Source: an uncultured Desulfobacterales bacterium | Lineage (GTDB): Bacteria > Desulfobacterota > DSM-4660 > Desulfatiglandales > HGW-15 | Reading direction: 5' to 3' | Length of the DNA stretch: 64,000 nucleotides | Assembly (NCBI GenBank): GCA_964450535.1 | Contig: CAYVDE010000004.1 | Coordinates: forward strand, 9,083-73,082 | Shown: positions 17,704 through 25,433 of the stretch, piece after piece | Layout of the letters: every line of letters begins with the position of its first letter | How positions within the stretch are numbered: position 1 is the first letter of the stretch | Position numbers and translations under genes: made by a program | Notes under the pieces: generated by a model | Databases searched by the model: none | Seen by the model: the letters and a program-made list of their open reading frames with translations, nothing else | What the model was told of the DNA's origin: nothing

Positions 17704-18963
17704 ATGAAGTCATATAAGACGGTGAACCACCGGGATGTTCCTCTGTTCAAGGATGTGCCTGATGAGGATTGGAACGACTGGAAGTGGCAGTTCCGGAATA
17801 CTATTCGAGACCTCAACGCCCTTGAGAAGATCATTCGCATAGATGAGGACGAGGGGCGTGACCTCGAGAGAGTCCTTAAGACCTTCAGAATGAGTATCAC
17901 GCCTTACTATGCCTGCCTGATGGATCGTGAATACAGGCGCGGCTCCGTAAGGCTTCAAGGCGTGCCGAGCATTCACGAACTGGCCTACGATCCCGACGAT
18001 CACGAAGACCCCCTGGATGAGGACGTGGACTCCCCGGTCCCCGGCATCACCCACCGCTATCCCGACAGGGTCCTGTTCCTGGTCACCCGCATCTGCTCCA
18101 TGTACTGCCGTCACTGCACGCGGAGGCGCATGGTCGGTTCACAGGACGAGCATTTGAGCGGCAAGGACATGGAAAGGGCTTTTGCTTACATCGAGGATCA
18201 TTCTGAGATCCGTGACATACTGATTTCAGGAGGGGATCCTCTGGTCCTTGACGACGAGTCCCTTGAGGCAATACTTAAACGCCTGCGCAGGATCGATCAC
18301 GTGGAGATCATACGAATCGGCAGCCGCACGCCGGTGGTCCTGCCCCAGAGGATCACGGAAGACCTGGTAAGCATGCTGCGCAGGTATCATCCTCTATACC
18401 TTAACACGCACTTCAACCACCCGGCCGAGATAACCCGGGAGTCCAGGGACGCCTGTGCACGGCTCGCAGATGCGGGCATTCCCCTGGGCAACCAGACAGT
18501 CCTCTTGAGGGATGTCAACGACTGCCCGTACATTATGAAAAAACTGGTTCACGAACTCCTCATGATCCGCGTGAAGCCTTACTACATTTACCAGTGCGAC
18601 CTTTCCAGGGGCATAGCGCACTTCAGGACGTCCATCACCAAGGGCATGGAGATTATAGAAAACCTGCGCGGTCACACCACGGGCATGGCCGTGCCCACAT
18701 TTGTGGTCGACGCCCCGGGCGGTGGCGGTAAGATTCCTGTCATGCCGAATTATATCCTCTCACAGGGCGACCGCCGTCTCGTGCTTCGCAATTACGAGGG
18801 TGTGATCACGACCTACACGCAGCCTGAGAACGTTTTTTCGGATTGCGGTCATTGTAACATCTGCGAGGATGAACGATATAAGCCCCTGGACGGGGTGGCG
18901 AAACTGCTTGCCGGGGAAAAGCTTTATCTCGAGCCCGCGGAACTCAAAAGGCGCAGGAGATAG
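17704..18963 (+). CDS. kamA: L-lysine 2,3-aminomutase (radical SAM/PLP)
   Basis: The cluster motif CSMYCRHC is at nt 18094-18117. ISGGDPL, the PLP-lysine block VVDAPGGGGK and a C-terminal Zn Cys cluster are also present. Acidic residues sit at both positions I recall as binding the lysine epsilon-amine in LAM (the D in VND and the D in VVDAP). Confidence 0.9.
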   Translation: MKSYKTVNHRDVPLFKDVPDEDWNDWKWQFRNTIRDLNALEKIIRIDEDEGRDLERVLKTFRMSITPYYACLMDREYRRGSVRLQGVPSIHELAYDPDDHEDPLDEDVDSPVPGITHRYPDRVLFLVTRICSMYCRHCTRRRMVGSQDEHLSGKDMERAFAYIEDHSEIRDILISGGDPLVLDDESLEAILKRLRRIDHVEIIRIGSRTPVVLPQRITEDLVSMLRRYHPLYLNTHFNHPAEITRESRDACARLADAGIPLGNQTVLLRDVNDCPYIMKKLVHELLMIRVKPYYIYQCDLSRGIAHFRTSITKGMEIIENLRGHTTGMAVPTFVVDAPGGGGKIPVMPNYILSQGDRRLVLRNYEGVITTYTQPENVFSDCGHCNICEDERYKPLDGVAKLLAGEKLYLEPAELKRRRR

Positions 18964-18985
18964 TGAAAACTGAAAAGGAGTGAAC

Positions 18986-20230
18986 ATGGAGGAAAAACTG
19001 AGGCTGGAAGAATCGGAAAGGCTCTATCATGAGGCCCTCGACCTCGTTCCGGGTGCAATCCTGGGAATTAGAAGACCTTACAATTTTGTGCCCGGCGAGT
19101 ACCCCGTATTTTTCGAATCCGCAAAAGGGGGACGCGTCACGGACGTTGACGGCAATGAGTACATCGACATGCTCTGCGCCTACGGCCCCATCATCATCGG
19201 CCACAGGGAGGAGGAGATCGACAACGCCGTGATCGATCAGATGCGGAACAAAGGGTTCTGTTTTTCCCTGACACAACCCATGCAGAACAACCTGGCGCGG
19301 AAGATGCGCGAGTTGATACCGTCAGCGGAAATGAGCCTTTTTCTCAAGACAGGATCCGACGCGACGACCGCCGCAATCCGGATCGCCCGGGGGCACACGG
19401 AGCGGATGAAGATCGCTCGGTGCGGTTATCACGGGTGGCACGACTGGTGTGTTGAGGTCAAGGGAGGCATCCCTAAGAAGCTCTACGAGGATATCTACGA
19501 ATTTCACTATAATGAGTTGGATGAACTCGAAGACCTCATGAAGGTCCATGGGGACGACATGGCGGCGATAATAGTGACGCCTGTCGGGCACCCGCTGGCC
19601 GAGAAGGTGCAGGAACCGGAACCCGGGTTTCTTGAAGGAGTGAAGACCCTGGCCGAGAAGTACGGGGCGGTCCTGATCTTCGACGAGATTCGAAGCGGGT
19701 TTCGTTTCGGCCTGGGCGGGGCGCAAAAGGAGTACGGCATTACGCCCGACCTTTCCGTGTTCGGCAAGGCCATGGCCAACGGCTATCCTATAAGCGCCGT
19801 CGTGGGCCGAAGGGAGGTCATGATGGCGGCTGCGGACCGGGTTTTTATCAGCTCGACCTTTTTCCCCAACAGCCTGGAGCAGGTGGCCGCCATTAAGACC
19901 ATCGAGATCCTGGAACGGGACCGGATCCTTGAAAAGGTCTGGGAAAAGGGGCGGCGCTTAGGCGAGCAGATCGAACGTATAGTCAAGGACAGCGGGGTGC
20001 CGGTTGAGTTCTCCGGGGCCCCCCTGATGCCATTCATCACGTTCCCGAAAGACAAAGACGGAAGATACAAGCAGCTGAGGACCGAGTTCTACACCAGGGT
20101 CATCCGTCGAGGGGTGTTCCTGCAGCCCTATCACCACGGGTATGTGGCATACCGCCATAAGGATGAGGATCTTGATTATACGGCCTCGGTTATTCGAGAG
20201 TCCCTCGAAGAACTGAGGTCGCTGGCCTGA
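18986..20230 (+). CDS. Class III PLP-dependent aminotransferase/aminomutase (glutamate-1-semialdehyde 2,1-aminomutase-like)
   Basis: DEIRSGFR and the PLP-lysine block SVFGKAMANGYP are present, and the protein is collinear with the GSAM family. The ATG at 18986 is preceded by AAAGGAG. Confidence 0.85.
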   Translation: MEEKLRLEESERLYHEALDLVPGAILGIRRPYNFVPGEYPVFFESAKGGRVTDVDGNEYIDMLCAYGPIIIGHREEEIDNAVIDQMRNKGFCFSLTQPMQNNLARKMRELIPSAEMSLFLKTGSDATTAAIRIARGHTERMKIARCGYHGWHDWCVEVKGGIPKKLYEDIYEFHYNELDELEDLMKVHGDDMAAIIVTPVGHPLAEKVQEPEPGFLEGVKTLAEKYGAVLIFDEIRSGFRFGLGGAQKEYGITPDLSVFGKAMANGYPISAVVGRREVMMAAADRVFISSTFFPNSLEQVAAIKTIEILERDRILEKVWEKGRRLGEQIERIVKDSGVPVEFSGAPLMPFITFPKDKDGRYKQLRTEFYTRVIRRGVFLQPYHHGYVAYRHKDEDLDYTASVIRESLEELRSLA

Positions 20231-20357
20231 TCCAAGAACCCCCGTTACCTAAAATTGCTTTTGGATTGACACATTTGAGCTCCTTAGATAGGTTTCGCCT
20301 TATCCCCCACCTTGCCGGTGGTCCAATGCCGGATTTTTCGAAAGGATTGCTAAGACC

Positions 20358-22808
20358 ATGCAAGACATCGCCTTTGAATCATCCGAGGAACAGGTCGAGG
20401 TGCCTGTGGCTGAACTCGTTGCGGAGGCCCTGGATTTCCTCAACAACTCAGCGGAAAGGCCTTTGGTGCCGGCTGAATTCATGGATCTTGTTGGAGACGG
20501 GGACGGTGGATCCAGGTTCAACCGGCTCCTTGAAGCCGCCGGCTTTGCAGATGACCCGGCCGGTTTCTTTGAATCCCTCATGAGAGCCGTAGCGCGGGGA
20601 GATGCCCGGGGCCGAGGGCCGTTTCAGATCAACGGAGTGGACATCCCCGGCCGGTTCATTGTGGCCCTCCTGGAGCGGACGGAGCCGGGGAATGAGTTCA
20701 TTTCCGTGCGGAATGTTGACCAACTGGAAGACATAGCCAAAATCCATATGGAAGAGGATAGGCGGGATGACATCCAGAAGGTCATAGACCTTTATCCTGT
20801 CAGGCTGTCAAGGCACACAGCCCGCCAGATGATGGTCTCGCGGGACGTGGCCTACCAGTACCTGCCTTTTGTGGAAGAGCTGGATCCTGTGGGACACGTG
20901 AACACCTGGATTGGACAGTTTCACCAGGGACTGCTGGAGCGGATGTATCGCAACCGCGTCATCTTTCTCCTGAACATGACTTGCCCGGTGTATTGCCGGT
21001 TCTGTTTCCGTAAGCACAAGGAGTCGCGAAATGAGACCTCCCCCACCCCGGATGAGGTCAGGGAAGCGGTGGCTTATGTAAATGCCTCGCCCACCATCAA
21101 GGAGATTGTAATCACAGGCGGGGACCCGTTTCTCAATAAAAAGAACATGGAGGTGGCAATCGATGGTCTCAGAGATGTCCCTCACGTCAAGACACTGCGG
21201 CTCGCCACCCGGTCCATTGCATACTACCCGCACCTTTTCCTTTCCAACGACGGTGCCTGGCTCAGCTACCTCAAGCGGAAGAACCTCGAGTTGGAGGAGA
21301 AAGGGAAGCGAATAGAGGTTGCCACCCACTTCATCCATCCGGATGAGGTGTCCCCGGACAGCCTGGAGATCATTTCCGAGCTGGTCCAAAGCGGCATACA
21401 GGTCTACGTGCAGACTCCCTTCCTCAATGACTGCAACGATCGGGGTCCCGAACTCGCTGAACTCTTCAGCAGCTTGAGGGGCGCCGGTGCCGAGATGCAC
21501 TATATCTACATTCCCTGCAGCCCGATTCACGGAAACAGCATTTACTGGGCCCCGCTTTCCAAGGGCATAGAGGCCGGCATTTACCTTAGAGCCCACGTTT
21601 CGGACCGGGCCATTCCAAGGATCTGCACGGCCACGCCCATCGGAAAAATGGACTGGAACAGCAGCGGCTGGGCCGTTGGGCGGGACCGGGAAAACGAGAA
21701 CTTCATATGGATCCGCTCCCCTTACACCCCGGACTACTTCAACGCCTTCGCCCCTGTTGCGAATGAACTGGAGAACGTCCGCGTCAACGACGAAGGGACC
21801 CTCGATGTAAAATACATGGCCCAGATAGGCGACGATGCGCTTTTCGCCGGTTCAAGGGTCCCGAGGCATCCTCTGAACGGAAAGACCGATCCCGGACTCC
21901 TGAATACCGTTCGCGCTGAGGGATTAAAGGACCAGCGATTCGCTCGTCCGGTTGTCTCTTCCGGTGTGCAAGGGGTTGTGCGGGTCCACGAGACACGGGC
22001 GGAGCTGGACATTGACCGCTTTAAGGCCGGAATAGATTATATTCGAAGGAACGGGCACATCACCGACGTGGTTGTTGCGGGGAAGCGGGACGGGATCGAC
22101 AGCTTGAGGGAGGTTCGGGATATTGTCAAGCACCTCCGCGACATTTCCCATGTCAATTCGGTCAGGCTTCGAAGCCTCGCATTCGCCGAAAACCCGAGTG
22201 CTTACACCCGCAGTGTTATCCGCGAACTGGCCGAACTGAACAGATTGACCGTGACAAGGCCCCTCCGGCTCGAGATCGAGACATTGTTTTTTCATGGCGA
22301 CGAATTTCTGGATGAGCACAAGAGGAAGGCCGCCCTGCTGCGAAGAAAAGGCATATCCGTTTACGTTAATACTCCGATTATTTCAGGAGGCAACGACAAT
22401 CCCGAAGAGATCCAGCGGGTGGCTTATTTGTGCAGGGATACAGGTCTTGAATTTCATCACGTTTACGCCTCCGGCCATCCCTTGCAGACGTCCCTGAACG
22501 ACGAGCGCCCCTTGGACGTGGACGATGTCCTGGATATTGCCACACTTGTCAGACGTGACGGCAGTGGCCGGGAGATACCGGCATACATACTGCAGACGGA
22601 GCTGGGCGAGGTGGACTTCGGCCTCTCATCCAGATTTGTTGAACGTGAAGGCGGGCTTTGGGCCCGGTTGCTCCCATATGACCTGGCCTACTTTCGGGCC
22701 ATGGACCCTGAATACAACTGGCCTGAAGGTGTGATAACAGACGAGAACGGCTGTCCGGTGGTTCCGGTGCCGGGTCTCGTTTCCAACACTGGGTTCATGG
22801 TGTCCTGA
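20358..22808 (+). CDS. KamA-family radical-SAM protein, 816 aa, with tandem KamA-fold modules (the second is degenerate)
   Basis: Module 1 has CPVYCRFC (Cys209/213/216, nt 20982-21005), ITGGDPF, HVKTLRLATRS, VATHFIHPDE, VQTPFLNDCND and TPIGK. Module 2 (from about nt 21970) repeats the same block order (ITDVVVAGKRDG, HVNSVRLRSLAF, LEIETLFFHGDE, VNTPIISGGNDN, ILQTELGEVDF). It has no Cys triad and no lysine at the PLP position. Confidence 0.8.
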   Translation: MQDIAFESSEEQVEVPVAELVAEALDFLNNSAERPLVPAEFMDLVGDGDGGSRFNRLLEAAGFADDPAGFFESLMRAVARGDARGRGPFQINGVDIPGRFIVALLERTEPGNEFISVRNVDQLEDIAKIHMEEDRRDDIQKVIDLYPVRLSRHTARQMMVSRDVAYQYLPFVEELDPVGHVNTWIGQFHQGLLERMYRNRVIFLLNMTCPVYCRFCFRKHKESRNETSPTPDEVREAVAYVNASPTIKEIVITGGDPFLNKKNMEVAIDGLRDVPHVKTLRLATRSIAYYPHLFLSNDGAWLSYLKRKNLELEEKGKRIEVATHFIHPDEVSPDSLEIISELVQSGIQVYVQTPFLNDCNDRGPELAELFSSLRGAGAEMHYIYIPCSPIHGNSIYWAPLSKGIEAGIYLRAHVSDRAIPRICTATPIGKMDWNSSGWAVGRDRENENFIWIRSPYTPDYFNAFAPVANELENVRVNDEGTLDVKYMAQIGDDALFAGSRVPRHPLNGKTDPGLLNTVRAEGLKDQRFARPVVSSGVQGVVRVHETRAELDIDRFKAGIDYIRRNGHITDVVVAGKRDGIDSLREVRDIVKHLRDISHVNSVRLRSLAFAENPSAYTRSVIRELAELNRLTVTRPLRLEIETLFFHGDEFLDEHKRKAALLRRKGISVYVNTPIISGGNDNPEEIQRVAYLCRDTGLEFHHVYASGHPLQTSLNDERPLDVDDVLDIATLVRRDGSGREIPAYILQTELGEVDFGLSSRFVEREGGLWARLLPYDLAYFRAMDPEYNWPEGVITDENGCPVVPVPGLVSNTGFMVS

Positions 22809-22858
22809 TTAGAGGGGTGAGGTACGTGTCTCCGTTAGAGTCTTGATTTTTTCTGTTT

Positions 22859-22885
22859 GGCCCCTTCACCCATAGTGAAGGGGCC
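22859..22885. terminator. Strong stem-loop downstream of the KamA-like gene (possible terminator)
   Basis: GGCCCCTTCAC (22859-22869) pairs with GTGAAGGGGCC (22875-22885) around a 5-nt loop. The downstream T-run is only weak. Confidence 0.45.
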
Positions 22886-22965
22886 TGCTCGTTTCGGAGC
22901 GGAATGATCTATAACAACGCCGCTGATTATTCACCACTGAGCGCACGAAGACCAACCTGTCTCAA

Positions 22966-24009
22966 ATGATATCGAACTTCGGCCCTTTCCCGGCCCGCGA
23001 AGACGGGCTCATAACGGTGGACCTGCATGCCGCCGGGGAACCCCTGCGCCTTATGGTGGGCGGTCTGCCCGACATCCCCGGAGGCACCTTGCAGGAGAAG
23101 AGGCTCTACCTCCAGGAAAATCTGGACTGGGTCCGGCTGCTTCTCACCAGGGAGCCTCGAGGCCACCGGGACATGTTCGCGGCTGTGGCCACCGAGCCCG
23201 CCGGCCAAGAGGGGAGCTTCGGAGTCGTGTTCATGGATGCCAGGCGTTATCCCTACATGTGCGGCCATGGTATCATCGCCGCCGTCACGGCTTTCATTGA
23301 GCTGGGCTGGACCAAGCCGCCCGTGAACCCCCCGTTTCTTACGGTGGACACTCCAGCAGGGCCTGTTCGCGCCTTTCCCCGCGTCCTCCGGAATGGAGCG
23401 GGAACGGTTCGCGTGGAATCAGTGGCTGTGGAGCTGGGTCCGGCCTTCGTATTTCAGCAGGAGCAGAAACTTTACCTGCCCGATTATGGGAGCGTCATGG
23501 TTGACGTGGTCTTTGCAGGCGGGTTCTTCGTGCTGGCGTCTGTCGAGCAGCTTGGGTTGACGCTCTCTTACGATCGTTTGCAAGAACTGGCCCGGCTGGG
23601 GATGGCCGTGATCGAGGAAGGGAACCGTAGCCTTAGGGTCAGGCACCCGGTGCTCGATCACATCCGTACTGTTGACGTGGCCGCCTTCTACGATCCGGCC
23701 GGTCATGAGGAGCAGAGAGGTAAAGGATTCGTGGTACTGGGTGAGGGGCATGTTGACCGGTCACCTTGCGGCACCGGGACCTCGGCCAAGATGGCTCTGC
23801 TTCACCGGCAGGGGCTCCTGCCGACAGGGAGTGTGTTCGAGAACTCCGGGCTCACCGGCACGACATTTATGGGGCGGATCGTTCGCGAGACCGAAGTCGG
23901 GGGGATTCCAGCAGTGGTCCCTGAGATTCGGGGGTCGGCCTGGATTACTGGATTTCATCGGTTCGTGACGTCCCCGGACGATCCGTTTCCAGAGGGGTTT
24001 CTGGTATAA
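22966..24009 (+). CDS. Proline racemase superfamily enzyme (Cys/Cys type: proline racemase or 4-hydroxyproline 2-epimerase)
   Basis: The motifs DLHAAGEPLRLMVGG, YPYMCGHG and DRSPCGTGTSA are present. Both catalytic positions are Cys. Confidence 0.85.
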   Translation: MISNFGPFPAREDGLITVDLHAAGEPLRLMVGGLPDIPGGTLQEKRLYLQENLDWVRLLLTREPRGHRDMFAAVATEPAGQEGSFGVVFMDARRYPYMCGHGIIAAVTAFIELGWTKPPVNPPFLTVDTPAGPVRAFPRVLRNGAGTVRVESVAVELGPAFVFQQEQKLYLPDYGSVMVDVVFAGGFFVLASVEQLGLTLSYDRLQELARLGMAVIEEGNRSLRVRHPVLDHIRTVDVAAFYDPAGHEEQRGKGFVVLGEGHVDRSPCGTGTSAKMALLHRQGLLPTGSVFENSGLTGTTFMGRIVRETEVGGIPAVVPEIRGSAWITGFHRFVTSPDDPFPEGFLV

Positions 24010-24011
24010 AA

Positions 24012-25433
24012 ATGAATCTATTGCGTCCATTTCGACGACTTGATGACAGCGACTGCAGCAAGCTTCACGAGGCGTCTCTTCACATTCTGGAGAGGACCGG
24101 GGTCCGGCTTCATCACCCCCCGGCGGTCCGGCTGCTGGAGAAGGCCGGCGCGCGGATATCAGAAGGGAACCGCGCTCGCATCCCATCAGGCCTGGTGGAG
24201 CGGGCCCTTGAGACCGCCCCCTCTACGATCACTCTTTTCAATCGTCATGGTGAGCCGGCTGTTGAGGCAGGCGGCTGTCGTTCGTATTTCGGCACCGGAT
24301 CGGATTGCCTGAACGTGCTTGATCACCGGACCGGAGAACGCCGCCGGGCCCGAATAAAGGACGTAATAGAAGGTGTGACGCTCTGTGACGCGCTTGATAA
24401 CGTAGACTTCGTAATGAGCATGTTCCTTCCTTCTGATGTTCCCCGCATGACGGCGGACCGATTCGCCATGCAGGCCATGCTCGAGCATACGACCAAACCC
24501 CTGGTGTTTGTGACCACGGATCCGGCAGGGTGCGAGGACGCCGTGGCCATGGCTGAAGTCGTGGCAGGAGGAGAGGATGCACTGCGGGAAAGGCCTCTTG
24601 CAGCCTGCTACATCAACGTGACAAACGGGCTGCAGCACAACCGGGAGGCCCTGGAAAAGCTGATGTTCCTCTCCGGCAAAGGCCTTCCCGTGACATACGT
24701 GCCGGTTTCTCTGGGCGGTGCGAGCGCGCCCGTCACAGTGGCCGGCGGCATGGCGTTGTGGAACGCCGGTTGCCTGGCCGGTTTAGTGATCGGGCAGTTG
24801 AACCGGCCCGGGTCCCCCTTCATCACGTCCGGGTGGGGAGCCAGCGCCCTTGACATGCGGACAGGTCTCAGCCCGTATGTGGAGCCTGAAAAGCAGTTCA
24901 TAGCCCAGGAACTGGCCCACTTCTACGGCCTTCCAATGTTCGCGTTCGGCGGCATTTCGGACTCCAAGCAGGTGGACGCGCAGGCGGGTGCCGAGGCTGC
25001 CCTCACTCTCCTTGCGAACGCCCAGGCCGGGAGTCACCTGGTGCACGACATGGGGTATCTCGAGTCTGGTCTCACCGGATCTCAGGCCCAGCTGGTGTTA
25101 TGTGATGAGTTGGTGGGGTGGGTACGCACGGCACTGTCCCCTTTGGAGATCACCGAAGAGACCCTGGCGCTGGATGTGATCGATGAGATCGGACCCGACG
25201 GGCAGTATCTTGACAGCCTGCACACCCTTCATCACTACCGGGACCGCTGGTATCCCGAGGTCATGGACCGGTCCGGGCATGAATCCTGGGTCGCCCGGGG
25301 CGGCAAGGACCTGGGCCGAAGGGCCGCGGAGCGTGTGGAGGCCCTCCTGGCGGAACACAGACCGGAACCCCTTCCGGACCAAGCCGCAGAACACATACAA
25401 GCCATTGTCGATCGCGCGGCAAAGAGATCTTAG
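24012..25433 (+). CDS. MttB-superfamily protein (trimethylamine methyltransferase family, non-pyrrolysine type)
   Basis: This is an uninterrupted 473-aa ORF with a family-typical N-terminus (LHEASLHILERTGVRLHHPPAVRLLEKAGARI) and typical length. It starts 2 nt after the upstream racemase gene. Confidence 0.75.
   Translation: MNLLRPFRRLDDSDCSKLHEASLHILERTGVRLHHPPAVRLLEKAGARISEGNRARIPSGLVERALETAPSTITLFNRHGEPAVEAGGCRSYFGTGSDCLNVLDHRTGERRRARIKDVIEGVTLCDALDNVDFVMSMFLPSDVPRMTADRFAMQAMLEHTTKPLVFVTTDPAGCEDAVAMAEVVAGGEDALRERPLAACYINVTNGLQHNREALEKLMFLSGKGLPVTYVPVSLGGASAPVTVAGGMALWNAGCLAGLVIGQLNRPGSPFITSGWGASALDMRTGLSPYVEPEKQFIAQELAHFYGLPMFAFGGISDSKQVDAQAGAEAALTLLANAQAGSHLVHDMGYLESGLTGSQAQLVLCDELVGWVRTALSPLEITEETLALDVIDEIGPDGQYLDSLHTLHHYRDRWYPEVMDRSGHESWVARGGKDLGRRAAERVEALLAEHRPEPLPDQAAEHIQAIVDRAAKRS

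Noticed and set aside
22944-22950. A fourth CACGAAG copy upstream of the first proline-racemase gene, which might link it to the 372-424 array.
   Set aside because: A 7-mer is expected several times by chance in 64 kb on two strands, and an isolated single copy is not evidence of shared regulation.
24012-25433. A pyrrolysine (in-frame TAG) or other recoding event in the MttB-family gene. I also looked for selenocysteine TGA in nearby reductase-type genes.
   Set aside because: The ORF is uninterrupted from ATG to its terminal TAG. No D-proline or glycine reductase genes, and no in-frame TGA or TAG candidates, were seen in the window.
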